64,000 nucleotides of DNA from an uncultured delta proteobacterium (GCA_963847445.1 CAWJZV010000015.1:160001-224000), one strand, 5' to 3'; positions 40,641 through 50,839 are shown, counted from the first letter of the stretch. Notes: generated by a model from the sequence alone, not told the origin. Made by a program: numbers and translations.

Positions 40641-41102
40641 TCAGTAGTGCGTTGCCAGCTGGCGCAGTTGCTGCAAAACTCGCTCAAAGGCTTCCGGTTG
40701 ATTGTTGGATGTTGCCGTCTTGTAGAGCGCATAGCGATGGTGCGATTGCCAGCGGCGCCATTCGATCGGCGTCACCGCTTGGCCGGTCGCTGCACTTCGC
40801 TGTGCCACGGCGCCTGGCACTGCCGACTCGCTCCATTGGCCGCTGTCCATGGCGTGGGTCTTGTCCGTCGGTTTGCCGTTGTATTTCCTGGCGAGAAAAT
40901 CCAAATAGAGGGCGAAAGTCTGACGCTCCTCGAGGTTATCGCAGGGTAGGTGGCAAAGCACTATCCGTTCTTCTAAGCTGATCGCAAGCCAATCTTTGAG
41001 CGAGAGCTTAATCCCGCTAAGATCGAGCTTGCGGCGCAGGTCGAGGGGCAAGCGGCTCAAGCTCGGATAGTATTCGGCTTCATAATCGTAGCGGTGGAAC
41101 AT
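40641..41102 (-). CDS. Nitrate reductase-associated protein (NarM-like)
   Basis: F.Y..EY..SL.RLPL..R.KLDL.GIKLSL.DW and C-terminal W......RYALYK pattern. Confidence 0.65.
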   Translation of the reverse strand: MFHRYDYEAEYYPSLSRLPLDLRRKLDLSGIKLSLKDWLAISLEERIVLCHLPCDNLEERQTFALYLDFLARKYNGKPTDKTHAMDSGQWSESAVPGAVAQRSAATGQAVTPIEWRRWQSHHRYALYKTATSNNQPEAFERVLQQLRQLATHY

Positions 41103-41202
41103 TTTCGCAGATCGGTTGCCTTTCGACCCCGTGAACGGTTATTTTCCCGATAGTCAGAGCGAAGTCAACGAGCCTAAACTCTGACACTGATGCAATTGTT
41201 GA

Positions 41203-41748
41203 GTGTCGATGGCACCAGTTGACTTGATTATGCAATACGATCCACGCCAAACCGGCTTACCGCCGAAACCCATCGAGCCGACCGGTTTTTTTACCGGTAT
41301 TCAAATCCGGCCGATTATCATGGGCGCGGTCGTCGACATGATCGCGACTTTTACCCTGGTGGCATTTTATTATCGCTTCTACGTTGCCCGGGGTTCTGGC
41401 GCCGCCGAAGGCTTCGAGGAGGAGATGGCGAAATATTGGGTTTCCGGAGACGGTTTGATCGTCAGTCTATTACTCGGTTCGCTCGGCACCTTGATCGGCG
41501 GCTTCTACGCCGCCTACAAAGCCGGAACCTTGGAGATGAAGCATGGCGCGCTGGTCGGCGTATGCTCGATTATTCTCGGATTGTTGATGCAATCCAGTGG
41601 CTCTGAGAACCAAACGCCAGAGTGGTTTCTCGCGCTATCCCTTGCGGCCGCGATCCCGGCGGGCGCGCTTGGCGGCTTCTTTGCGGAGCTATTTTCTAGT
41701 GTGGCCGGCAAGAAGTCCTCACCGACTCGAATATCTCCGGATCGGTAG
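41203..41748 (+). CDS. Membrane protein, TIGR04086/DUF3792-like
   Basis: Four TM helices, GGFYAA.KAG....HGALVG, GALGG. Confidence 0.65.
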   Translation: MSMAPVDLIMQYDPRQTGLPPKPIEPTGFFTGIQIRPIIMGAVVDMIATFTLVAFYYRFYVARGSGAAEGFEEEMAKYWVSGDGLIVSLLLGSLGTLIGGFYAAYKAGTLEMKHGALVGVCSIILGLLMQSSGSENQTPEWFLALSLAAAIPAGALGGFFAELFSSVAGKKSSPTRISPDR

Positions 41749-41758
41749 GAGGGGGGCA

Positions 41759-42319
41759 GTGGAAGTTGTGTCTTTCCGTCGCGCGGTCGCCACCGACTAT
41801 CCGGCCATCGTTCGGTTAAACGCCGCCAACTTTATCGCCAATCTGTCGGAAGATGATCTCCGCGACGGCTTTCTTTCCGCCCTGTTTACCGTGGCGCAGA
41901 CCGCCGCCATGGCTGAAGAGCTCGGCACCACCGTGGCGATCGTCGAGGGCCAAGTCGCGGGTTTTCTTTGCGCGTTTCGCAATGACTTCGATCATGGTTC
42001 ACCGGTGGTCGCTAAGATGATCGAATCCTACGATCGCTTGAGCTTCCAAGGTAAACTGCTGAATACTTACAAGTCCTATGCCTATGGGCCGGTGTGCATC
42101 GACCGCGCGTACCGGCGCAAGGGACTGCTGCGCGGGTTGTTCGAGGAGCATAAACGACAATTGGCGGGAACGTTCGAGGTCGGCGTGGCGCTGATCGCGC
42201 GGACGAACCAGCACTCGCTCGAGGCTCATGTTGCGGGGCTCGGCATGACCGACGTCGGCAGTTTTGAGGTTAATGGCAATGTGTTTGCCACAGTGGCGTT
42301 TCGCTTAACGCCAGAGTGA
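41759..42319 (+). CDS. GNAT family N-acetyltransferase
   Basis: FRRA...DYPAI, GPVCIDRAYRRKGL, N..SL.AH..LG; AGGAGG RBS. Confidence 0.82.
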   Translation: MEVVSFRRAVATDYPAIVRLNAANFIANLSEDDLRDGFLSALFTVAQTAAMAEELGTTVAIVEGQVAGFLCAFRNDFDHGSPVVAKMIESYDRLSFQGKLLNTYKSYAYGPVCIDRAYRRKGLLRGLFEEHKRQLAGTFEVGVALIARTNQHSLEAHVAGLGMTDVGSFEVNGNVFATVAFRLTPE

Positions 42320-42347
42320 GACGGGCGTCGTGCGATCGTAGCGCGGC

Positions 42348-42376
42348 TTGCGCAATCCGTTTGGCTCCCATAGAAT
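42348..42376 (+). promoter_or_regulatory. Candidate sigma-70 promoter of the flavin reductase gene
   Basis: TTGCGC-17 bp-TAGAAT. Confidence 0.5.
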
Positions 42377-42439
42377 CGGCTCGTTTTCGCGGATAGACCG
42401 CGGAACTCGCAAAATCATATTTGAAAGGAACTGTTACTC

Positions 42440-42943
42440 ATGGATGCTGATGCAAAGAAGACCGCGCTACGGATGATTCCCTATGGAATTTACGTTCTCA
42501 CGGCGGAAGGCAAGGATGGCAAAGTGGCCGCTTCAACCGTCAATTGGGTGACGCAGACGGCTTTCGCGCCGCCGCTGGTTGTCGTCGGCGTGAAAGCGGA
42601 TTCCGGAGCCCACGCGATTATCAAAGAATCCAAGGTGTTTGCCCTCAACATGCTGGGTAAAGATCAAACGAAACAGGCCTTTACTTTCTTCAAGCCGCTC
42701 GAACGTGAAGGCAATACCATCGGCGGCGCAGCTTTTCGCAAGGGTTCGCTCGGCGCGCCGATCTTGGAGATGGGTCAGGCTTTTGTCGAGTGCGAGTTGG
42801 TCGACACCATCGAGAAGGGCGATCACTCGATCTTTGTCGGCGAAGTGAAGGACGCCGGCGTTGCCGTGGCACCGACTGGAAGGCCGGACGACGCGATCTT
42901 GGCGATGCGCGATTTGGGCGACAAGGTCTTTTACGGCGGATAA
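42440..42943 (+). CDS. Flavin reductase family protein
   Basis: IPYGIYVLT, WVTQ.AF.PPLV, GAPIL, GDHSIFVGEV, FYGG. Confidence 0.9.
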   Translation: MDADAKKTALRMIPYGIYVLTAEGKDGKVAASTVNWVTQTAFAPPLVVVGVKADSGAHAIIKESKVFALNMLGKDQTKQAFTFFKPLEREGNTIGGAAFRKGSLGAPILEMGQAFVECELVDTIEKGDHSIFVGEVKDAGVAVAPTGRPDDAILAMRDLGDKVFYGG

Positions 42944-42958
42944 GCGCGCAGCTGTGCC

Positions 42959-42995
42959 GCGCGCCGTTCAAGGGTTCAAAAAGTTCAAGGTTCGA
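42959..42995 (+). repeat. GTTCAA short tandem array
   Basis: gcgcgcc gttcaagg gttcaaaaa gttcaag gttcga. Confidence 0.75.
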
Positions 42996-43015
42996 TACCA
43001 TGAAGGAGATGACCA

Positions 43016-43384
43016 ATGGCTAAGATACGGCATATCGCCTACCGGGCTGTGGATGTCGATGCCATGGCGAAGTTTTTCGTCGACGCGATGGGCATGAAGA
43101 TGATCCAGAAGCGCAAGAATAACGCCATCGATCTGAGCGATGGCTCGGTCAATATCACGGTACTGCCGCTCGCCGCTGGCATGGGCGGCCAGGCCGGCAT
43201 CGATCACATCGGCTTTTCCACCGACAACGACCAGGAGCAGTTCAAGCTGTTAGAAGCGGCTGGAGCGGAAAAAGCCGGAGCGGTAAATCTTGGCACCGCC
43301 TACTACGAAGACAAATATAAAGGCCCCGAGGGCATCATCGTCGATGTCGGCCACTGGCAGGGCGCGGCGCCGGTGGATAAATAA
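43016..43384 (+). CDS. VOC/glyoxalase family protein
   Basis: IRHIA, LSDGSVNITVL, GIDHIGF, KYKGPEGIIVD. Confidence 0.85.
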   Translation: MAKIRHIAYRAVDVDAMAKFFVDAMGMKMIQKRKNNAIDLSDGSVNITVLPLAAGMGGQAGIDHIGFSTDNDQEQFKLLEAAGAEKAGAVNLGTAYYEDKYKGPEGIIVDVGHWQGAAPVDK

Positions 43385-43387
43385 ATC

Positions 43388-43495
43388 GTTCAAACGTTCA
43401 AGAGCCTGCCTTGAGCAGCATGTCGAAGGGTTGACAAGCTCAAGGTCCGGCCTCTGACGTTGAACTTTTGAACCGTTGAACCTTGAACGGCGCGC
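43388..43495. repeat. Facing GTTCAA / TTGAAC arrays with an inserted CCTTGAGC..GTCGAAGGG element
   Basis: Two GTTCAA units, then gcctgccttgagcagcatgtcgaaggg, then four TTGAAC units. Confidence 0.75.
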
Positions 43496-43506
43496 CGCCC
43501 GGCGTG

Positions 43507-44976
43507 CTATCTGATCATCAACCGTTCGGCCTTGCCGGAATAGTTGATGAAGACGGTTTTTAGTTCGGTAAAAAAGTTCAGACCTTCGACCGCCATCTCC
43601 CGTTCGCCGACGCCGGTGGCTTTGGTGCCGCCGAAGGGGAGTTGGGCTTCGCCGCCGATGGTCGGTTCGTTGACGTGCACCATGCCGGTTTCCACTTCCT
43701 CGACGAAGTTCATGATCGTGTCGATGTTTTCCGTGAAGATCGATGTCGTTAAGCCGTATTCGACGCCGTTGGCGTAGCTGAGCGCTTCGTCCAAATTTTT
43801 CGCCGTGGAGATCGATAGCACGGGACCGAAGATTTCTTCCTTGAAGATGCGCATTGACGGCGTGACGTTGTCGAAGATCGTTGGCTCGACGAAAAAGCCT
43901 TTGCCGAGCTCTTGCGGCACTTTCCCGCCGAGCAGCAGCCGGGCGCCTTCTTGCTGGCCGATGGCGATGTAATCGAGATCGGTTTTCCATTGTTGGTTGT
44001 CGACGGCGGGTCCCATATCGACCGACTCGTCCAATCCCGGACCCACTTTGATCTTTTTCGCAGCATCCACTAACCGTTCGACCAACGCGTCTTTTACGGC
44101 TGGCGCCGCGATGACACGCGAAGTCGCCGTGCAGCGTTGGCCGGTGGAGCCGAAGGCGCCGCCGTGGATGGCGATGGCCGCCTTGTCGAGATCGGCGTCA
44201 GCCATGACGATGACCGCGTTCTTACCACCCATCTCGCAGGTGACCTTGGCGCCGCGCAGCGCCGCTTTGGCGTAGAGCGCGCCGCCGACTTCATTCGAAC
44301 CCGTGAAGGAGATCGCGCGCAGCACCGGCGAGTGCACCATCGCTTCGCCGACCACTGAGCCGGAGCCGACGAGCATGTTGAACACGCCGGCAGGCAGGCC
44401 GGCTTCGGCGTAAATCTCGGTAAGCAGAGCCGCCGTGGCAGGCGTCAGTTCAGCGGGTTTGAAAATCACACAATTGCCCGCGGCCAACGCCGGGGCGGAT
44501 TTCCAAACCGGGATCGCCCAGGGAAAATTCCACGGCGCGATCAGGCCGACGACGCCGAGCGGGCGGCGAATCGTGTAAGTAAACGTGTCGCGCGCTTCGG
44601 ACGGCAAGGTCATGCCGTGCATGCGAAATCCCTCGCCAGCGTAGTATTCCAACAACGAGATACCTTTCATCACTTCGCCCTTGGCTTCTTTGAGAATTTT
44701 ACCTTCTTCGCGGGTTAGTGTTCGGGCGATTTCGTCGGCGCGTTGGCGCGCGATGTCGGCGGCGCGCCAGAGCACGCGGCCGCGCTCCGGGCCAGGCGTT
44801 TTTCGCCAACTTCGAAACGCTGCCTGCGCCGCGTCGATCGCGCGGGTAACATCCTCGGCGGTCGCGGCGGGAAATTCGGCGATCACTTCATCGGGATCGG
44901 CCGGGTTGAGATTACGCACCAGACGATTCGACTTCGGATGAAACCATTTGCCGTCGACATATGAACCGGTGTTCAT
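43507..44976 (-). CDS. Aldehyde dehydrogenase (KGSADH/YcbD-like)
   Basis: APWNFP, KPAELTP, FTGS, EMGGKNA, TGQRCTA, EEIFGP, PFGGTK. Confidence 0.92.
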   Translation of the reverse strand: MNTGSYVDGKWFHPKSNRLVRNLNPADPDEVIAEFPAATAEDVTRAIDAAQAAFRSWRKTPGPERGRVLWRAADIARQRADEIARTLTREEGKILKEAKGEVMKGISLLEYYAGEGFRMHGMTLPSEARDTFTYTIRRPLGVVGLIAPWNFPWAIPVWKSAPALAAGNCVIFKPAELTPATAALLTEIYAEAGLPAGVFNMLVGSGSVVGEAMVHSPVLRAISFTGSNEVGGALYAKAALRGAKVTCEMGGKNAVIVMADADLDKAAIAIHGGAFGSTGQRCTATSRVIAAPAVKDALVERLVDAAKKIKVGPGLDESVDMGPAVDNQQWKTDLDYIAIGQQEGARLLLGGKVPQELGKGFFVEPTIFDNVTPSMRIFKEEIFGPVLSISTAKNLDEALSYANGVEYGLTTSIFTENIDTIMNFVEEVETGMVHVNEPTIGGEAQLPFGGTKATGVGEREMAVEGLNFFTELKTVFINYSGKAERLMIR

Positions 44977-45060
44977 GATGACCTCGCTTTGAAAGAAAAA
45001 TCTGGCTTAAAAATATCTCCAGCAGGTTAGGCAGAGACCATAGCTCTTGCAGGAGCAATA

Positions 45061-45146
45061 TCCGTCATTGCCGTGAAAACGGCAATCCAGGTTTTTCTCA
45101 CCGTTAGAAATCAAACCTGGATTCCCGCCTGTGCGGGAATGACGGA
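45061..45146. repeat. CGTC-type REP inverted doublet
   Basis: TCCGTCATTGCCGTGAAAACGGCAATCCAGG ... CCTGGATTCCCGCCTGTGCGGGAATGACGGA. Confidence 0.85.
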
Positions 45147-45202
45147 TGGAGCCAGGTTACGGTCTATGCGGGTTTTTTTCTGTGGTCCTGAAATGTTTAG
45201 AA

Positions 45203-46246
45203 CTACGATCGTTTGGTCATATCGCGCATAATCGTGCGCCATTTGCCTTCGAGGGTGTCGATCTGTTCGGCGCTCATGCCCTGCTCGGGGTACCAGCGTT
45301 TGAAGCCGTACTCCTTGCTTGGGTTGCCGTACTCGTATTCTTCGAGTACCTTCTGTCCGCCTGGGCCAAGGATGAAGTCGGCCAAGAGCAGCGCGGCGTG
45401 GGGATGGGGCGCTTTGGCTAACACCGCGGTGGAGCCGGAGTTGGCTGGCACCACGTCCATGGGAATCCATTCGATGGGGGCACCGGCTTTGAGCGACACT
45501 TCGACATGGTTACGAAAGGTGGTGGGCGAAACGCCGACTTCGCCGGAGATCACCATGTCGAGCAGGGCGCGGCCGGAAACGTTATGCACCGATGGATTCA
45601 AGGTTTTCAGTTTGCGGACAAATTCTTCGCCTTTGAATTTGAGCAAGGCGCCGGTGACGGTGACGCCGGTGTCGCTGCCGGCGAAGGAGATTTTGTCTTT
45701 CAGCTCCGGCCGCAAGAGGCCTTCATAGTTGCGCGGCACCGATTTCGCCGGAATTAAATTCTTGTTGTAGGCGAGACCGATATGGGACTCACGGTCGATG
45801 GCCCAGAAGACCAAACCTTTGGGGGCTTTCTCTTTGACGTGATCGGGATACTTCGCCATCGTCGAAAAATAATACGGCACCAGCCAATTGTTATCTTTCA
45901 AAAGCTTCAACAGCGGGATCGTCGTCTCCATGGTGTCGGCGATGTAGCGCTGCGACTGCGACTCGGCCAAGATGCGCGCGCTCATTTCCTGGCGCGTGGC
46001 GCGGTAGGACTCGACAGAAACGCCGGGATATCTCGCCTCATACGCCGCGGCGAGCTTTTTATATGATTCGCCTGCCAGCGAGGTGTACCAGGTGACCTTG
46101 CCTTCCGCTTTGGCGCCGGCGTAGAGCATCTTTTCGCGGTCGGGCTTGTTGTAGGCGGCCAGTTGTTCGGTGGACATTTTGCCCTGCGCCCATGCCGAAC
46201 CTGCGATGGATAGGGCGATGAGAACTGCTCCGGCGATAGGTTTCAT
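45203..46246 (-). CDS. Extracellular solute-binding protein (paralog of 23971..25014)
   Basis: Signal peptide AWA-Q; GAKAEGKVTWYTS, DRES, APHPHAALLLADF, KRWYPEQG shared with the paralog. Confidence 0.85.
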   Translation of the reverse strand: MKPIAGAVLIALSIAGSAWAQGKMSTEQLAAYNKPDREKMLYAGAKAEGKVTWYTSLAGESYKKLAAAYEARYPGVSVESYRATRQEMSARILAESQSQRYIADTMETTIPLLKLLKDNNWLVPYYFSTMAKYPDHVKEKAPKGLVFWAIDRESHIGLAYNKNLIPAKSVPRNYEGLLRPELKDKISFAGSDTGVTVTGALLKFKGEEFVRKLKTLNPSVHNVSGRALLDMVISGEVGVSPTTFRNHVEVSLKAGAPIEWIPMDVVPANSGSTAVLAKAPHPHAALLLADFILGPGGQKVLEEYEYGNPSKEYGFKRWYPEQGMSAEQIDTLEGKWRTIMRDMTKRS

Positions 46247-46258
46247 TGGCGATCTCCT

Positions 46259-47191
46259 TTAATAACCAGTTTCCATGAGTTGATGGTAGAAAAGTTTGTA
46301 GAACGAGCGTAGCCGCTCGGGCCGCGTGTAGTGGGAGAATTCCTGGGGCACTTTGAATTCTTTCTCGATCTGCTCCAGAGTTTTACCGGCAGCGATCATT
46401 TTCGCGACTTCGTCACGCATGACGACGAAATAGCGTTTTTGCTCTTCCAAGTCTTTCACGCCTCGGCCGATGTGCGCCGGCCCGTGGCCGGGAACGAAAG
46501 TTTCCACCGGCAGGTGGCGCGCCATGATGTTGTCGAGGATCTGAATCCAGCCTTTGACGTTGGAGAAAAATACCCCGGCGGACTCGCCTTGCCCCGGATG
46601 GATTTCCGTGTCGAGGAGATCGCCCATTAACATGACGCGCTTTTGCGGGATGTAAACCGTCAGATCGCCGGTGCTATGGCCGCGCCCCTCGGGCGTGATC
46701 TGAAAGGTCAGACCGCCGAAGTAAAGCGTCATCGGCCCGTCGATGCCGATATCCGGTTGCCCCAGCTCTTTGCCCTGGTAGACCGCCGAACGCGCATCGC
46801 CAAGATTCTTGCGCTCTTCGAATTCTTTGCGCTCCTGCATCTGCAGGTCGTGTACTTGATTTTTGGTGGCGATCCAGACCGGTTTGTCTTCGCGAAAATG
46901 CCATGACCCAGTCGCGTGGTCGCCGGCGCTATGGGATGTGATCAGGTACTTAACTTTCTTATCGGTGGTCTTGCGGATGAACGCCATGGTTTGGTCGGCG
47001 CTGTCGATTGCGAAGTCGAGCACCACCACGCCGTCGTCAGTGAAAACGACGGTTGTATTTCCCGAGCCGCCGGAATGCTGCATCATGTAAACGCCGTCGG
47101 TGATTTTCACCGGCGTCATGCGCACCGGCGCGGCGGCGCCCATGGTGAGGCAGCCTATGGCGAGTAGCATTAATGGAAGCTTCAATTTCAT
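46259..47191 (-). CDS. Exported MBL-fold metallo-hydrolase
   Basis: Signal peptide; SHSAGDH, GHSTGD, MGD, VPGHG. Confidence 0.82.
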   Translation of the reverse strand: MKLKLPLMLLAIGCLTMGAAAPVRMTPVKITDGVYMMQHSGGSGNTTVVFTDDGVVVLDFAIDSADQTMAFIRKTTDKKVKYLITSHSAGDHATGSWHFREDKPVWIATKNQVHDLQMQERKEFEERKNLGDARSAVYQGKELGQPDIGIDGPMTLYFGGLTFQITPEGRGHSTGDLTVYIPQKRVMLMGDLLDTEIHPGQGESAGVFFSNVKGWIQILDNIMARHLPVETFVPGHGPAHIGRGVKDLEEQKRYFVVMRDEVAKMIAAGKTLEQIEKEFKVPQEFSHYTRPERLRSFYKLFYHQLMETGY

Positions 47192-47225
47192 CGATTCTAT
47201 CCTTATTGACGTTGTCGCGGGCGAT

Positions 47226-48112
47226 CTATTGAATCATGCCCAACGACTTGGCCATGTCGATGGTGCGCCGGGCACGTTCGACGATGGGACGGTCGATGAG
47301 CTGGCCGCCGAAGGCAATCGAGCCGTCGCCGCGGGCGTTGGCTTCTTCGAAGGCTTGCAGGACCTTTTGGCAGTAGTCGATTTCCGCTGCCGTTGGGCTG
47401 AAGATGGTATTGATCGCTTCGACTTGCGACAGGATGAATGCAGGACATGGCGGAGAAGCCGAGCTGGCGCGATTGCTTAGCAAAGCCGAGCAAACCCGCG
47501 CTGTCGTTCAAATCGACCCATACGCCGTCGACGGCTTGCACATGGGCTGCGGCGGCGGCGACGACGATGGCCGAGCGCGCGTAGATCAAATCCCGTGCTT
47601 CGCCCTCACGTATCGCCGGGAGGCCGATCTCGCGGCCGAAGTCTTCCGTACCAAAAATAATGCCGACGATGCGCGATGATGACGCGGCGATGGCCGGGGC
47701 GTTGAACAGACCTCTGGGGCTTTCGATGGCGATCAGCAGCCGGACGCTGCCCTTGGCCATTTGGTTCTTCGGTTCCATGTCGTTGAGCAGGCCGTCGACT
47801 TTTCGCACGTCGTCGACGGTGTCGACCTTCGGGCAGACCAAGCCTTCCAGGCCGGGGCGTACAACTGCTGCCAGATCGGCGTCCATCCACTGATGGCCGA
47901 TGGAGTTGATGCGCACGTAGCGGGCCGGGGAGCCGGGCGGCTTTGGCGCGGCCCAAAGACTCGCCGATATTCTTGCGCGCTGAGTCCTTTTCATTGGGCG
48001 CGACGCCGTCTTCGATATCGAGCATGATCGCGTCGGCGTTCAAGCCGAGCGCTTTGTCGATCATCTTTTGCCGGTGTCCCGGCACGAACATCCATGAGCG
48101 GATTAAATCCAT
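47226..48112 (-). CDS. CitE-like CoA ester lyase (HpcH/HpaI family; frameshifted)
   Basis: RSWMFVPG, LDIEDGV..EK..AR, YVRIN, PKV, IESPRG, FGTEDF, IH(P).QV, GQLIDRP. Confidence 0.88.
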
Positions 48113-48206
48113 GAGAAAGATTCTCCTTGGCGGAAATTTTTACCTGAAGGGGCGGCGAATGTCTAACGACTGAGCCTGCTGTATGACTGGTGTGCAATTT
48201 GAAGAC

Positions 48207-48281
48207 GAGATTTCTCACTTCGTTCGAGATGACAGCCATCGGACCATCGTCAGGTGTCATTCTCGACCCCTGGGAGAAATT
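48207..48281. repeat. GAGATTTCTC...ATGACA palindromic repeat pair (outward-facing)
   Basis: GAGATTTCTCACTTCGTTCGAGATGACA ... TGTCATTCTCGACCCCTGGGAGAAAT; related copy at 63006. Confidence 0.7.
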
Positions 48282-48333
48282 TTTCCGGCGGTCGGTTGAA
48301 GCCGAAAAATATTTAGCGAATAACTGAACGGAT

Positions 48334-49551
48334 ATGAAACTCAGCACCTTCAAGCTTCTGGTGCCGATCGTCGCGGTAACCCTCCAGAGCAACTCGTCGT
48401 CGACGGTCATTCCGCCCTATCTGGATCACCTGCGTATCCCGGTGGCGTTGATCGGCACATTGATTTCGCTCGGGCCCGTCTTCGCGCTGATGGCGCGCTT
48501 GCCCATCGGCATGCTCTACAACCGCGGCCGCGCCCGCTGGCTGGTGTCCGCCGCGATCATGGCGATGGGACTGACCAATTACTGTTACAGCTTTGTCACG
48601 AGTGGTTGGTCCTTCGCGGTGGTGCATTGTCTCAACGGTTTCGCCTATAGCGCGGTGACGACTCTCTACATGGCGTTCTACGTCGACTCGCTGGCGCCGG
48701 ATGAAAACCGCAATCATGCCATGGGCTACTACGTCGGCTGTCTCGCCGTGGGTTATTCGACGGGGAATTTCCTCGGCGGCTTGATCGCCGACCATTGGGG
48801 CTATTCCTGGACCTTTCAGTTGGGCGCCTTGCTGTCCTTCGTGGCCGTGGGGCTGTTGTGGAGTTTGCACGGACCGAGCGGCGATGGCGCGGCTCAGGGC
48901 AAAGGTAAAGAAGCGACGAAACTCAGCGTGCGGGAATCGTTTAAGGCTTTGCTCGAACCCGAATTGGCGACCGTGGTCTTGGTCGCGCTGTTCTTGAACC
49001 TGCTGCATCAGATGGGCGGTGTGTTCATCTCGCTCTATGGCTTGGGCGTGGGCATGAGCTTGACCCAAATCGGCATCATTCGAGCTGCCTACGCCGGTTG
49101 CAATGCCGTGACCCGGCCGATCAGCGGCCATGTGGTGAATAAGGTGGGGCACAAAGGACTGTCCTATTTCGGCTTGCCGCTGCAATCTTTGATCTTGATG
49201 CTGGTGCCGCTGTTCACCGGCTTTGGCACCATTCTATTTGTCTATGTCGCGTCGGGATTCATGCGCGCCATCGTCGTCGTCGCCAACGCCGTCGGCTTGG
49301 TCCAAGACGTGCCGGAGTCAAAGGTCCGCCGCGGCCTGGCCTCGGGGGTGTACAACGCCGCCGGCGACATGGGTAACATCCTCGGTCCGTCCATCGGCGG
49401 CTTCATCGCGCATGCCACCGGAATCGCCAGCGTGTTCGTCGTCGGCTCATTGGGGTCGACGGCGCTGTTCTTTATCGGAGTTTTATTGGTGCGGCGGATA
49501 GCACGGATGAGTAAGGCGGGGGATTCCAAGAAATCTAGCGTCTTGATTTAA
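48334..49551 (+). CDS. MFS transporter
   Basis: 405 aa, 12 TM pattern, GGLIADHWG, RRGLASG.Y, GPSIGG. Confidence 0.88.
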   Translation: MKLSTFKLLVPIVAVTLQSNSSSTVIPPYLDHLRIPVALIGTLISLGPVFALMARLPIGMLYNRGRARWLVSAAIMAMGLTNYCYSFVTSGWSFAVVHCLNGFAYSAVTTLYMAFYVDSLAPDENRNHAMGYYVGCLAVGYSTGNFLGGLIADHWGYSWTFQLGALLSFVAVGLLWSLHGPSGDGAAQGKGKEATKLSVRESFKALLEPELATVVLVALFLNLLHQMGGVFISLYGLGVGMSLTQIGIIRAAYAGCNAVTRPISGHVVNKVGHKGLSYFGLPLQSLILMLVPLFTGFGTILFVYVASGFMRAIVVVANAVGLVQDVPESKVRRGLASGVYNAAGDMGNILGPSIGGFIAHATGIASVFVVGSLGSTALFFIGVLLVRRIARMSKAGDSKKSSVLI

Positions 49552-49612
49552 AGGAGCGCGGGTTTTCTAACCCGCTCAGAAGCATAAGCGGACAGGAATG
49601 TCCGCGCTCCTT
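49551..49612. repeat. GGAG-type REP-like inverted doublet between convergent genes
   Basis: AAGGAGCGCGGGTTTTCTAACCCGCT ... AGCGGACAGGAATGTCCGCGCTCCTT. Confidence 0.75.
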
Positions 49613-49614
49613 TG

Positions 49615-50775
49615 TCAATACGATTTCGGCATGCCCAGAACATGTTGACCGAGATAGGCCAACACCAGATTGTTACTCACCGGCGCCACGGTCAGCAAAC
49701 GGGTCTCGCGAAACTTTCTTTCGATGTCGTATTCCGTAGCGAAACCGTAGCCGCCGTGGGTGGTCAGGCAAGCGTTGGCGGCTTCCCAGGCGGCTTCGCT
49801 GGCGAGGTACTTGGCAAGATTGGCTTCGGCGCCGCATTTCTCTTTGCGGTCAAATTTGGTTGCCGCCTGATAGCGGACTAAATCGGCGGCTTCAATGTTC
49901 GCATAGGCCTTGGCAATCGGAAACTGAATACCTTGATTGGCGCCGATGGGCTTGCCAAAGACATTGCGTTCGCTGGCATATTTCGCCGCCCGCTCGACAA
50001 ACCAGCGGCCGTCGCCGACCGCTTCGGCGGCGACGAGGATTCTTTCGGCATTCCAGCCATCGATGATGTAGCGAAAGCCCATGCCTTCGTCGCCGATGAG
50101 ATTTTCAACCGGCACTTCAACATTGTCGAAAAATAGCGCGTTGGTGTGATGATTGATCATCAAGTCAAGGGGCTTAACTTCAAGCTTCCCTTGATTGGCT
50201 TTCAAGTCGACGATGAAGACCGAGAGACCACGGGTTTTGTCTTTCAATTCGTCATACGGCGTGGTGCGAGCGAGCAGGAGCATGAGGTCGGACTGTAAGA
50301 CCCGCGAGATGAATATTTTTTGCCCGTTGATGAGATAGCGGTCGCCTTTCTTAACCGCGCTGGTTTGAATCTTTGTCGACTCCGAGCCGGCGTTAGGTTC
50401 GGTGACGCCGAAGGCTTGCAGGCGCAGCTCGCCGGTGGCGATCTTGGGCAGATAGCGTTTTTTCTGCTCGGCGTTGCCGTGGCGCAGGAGCGTGCCCATG
50501 GTGTACATCTGGGCGTGGCAGGCGGTGGCGACGCCACCGGAGTGGTTGATTTCTTCCAAGATGATGCTTGCTTCGGTGATGCCGAGGCCGGTGCCGCCAA
50601 ATTCTTCCGGAATCAGCGCAGCCAGCCAGCCGAGATCGCCGAGTTTCTTCACGAAGGCATCCGGGTAGGCTTTCTCGCTGTCGACCTTGCGCCAGTAGGC
50701 ATCGGGGAATTCTTTGCAGACTTTTTTGATCTCTTCACGGATCTGTTGCTGTTCGATTGTCAGGTTGAAATCCAT
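49615..50775 (-). CDS. Acyl-CoA dehydrogenase
   Basis: IPEEFGG, FGVTEPNAGS, NGQKIFIS, NAERI, FGKPIGANQ, HGGYGF..EY.IER.FRE. Confidence 0.93.
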   Translation of the reverse strand: MDFNLTIEQQQIREEIKKVCKEFPDAYWRKVDSEKAYPDAFVKKLGDLGWLAALIPEEFGGTGLGITEASIILEEINHSGGVATACHAQMYTMGTLLRHGNAEQKKRYLPKIATGELRLQAFGVTEPNAGSESTKIQTSAVKKGDRYLINGQKIFISRVLQSDLMLLLARTTPYDELKDKTRGLSVFIVDLKANQGKLEVKPLDLMINHHTNALFFDNVEVPVENLIGDEGMGFRYIIDGWNAERILVAAEAVGDGRWFVERAAKYASERNVFGKPIGANQGIQFPIAKAYANIEAADLVRYQAATKFDRKEKCGAEANLAKYLASEAAWEAANACLTTHGGYGFATEYDIERKFRETRLLTVAPVSNNLVLAYLGQHVLGMPKSY

Positions 50776-50839
50776 CGATGCCTCCTATAGTTCGTAGACT
50801 ATAACCTAATGTTTTTAGCGCCTAAAGAGGAGGAGTGTT

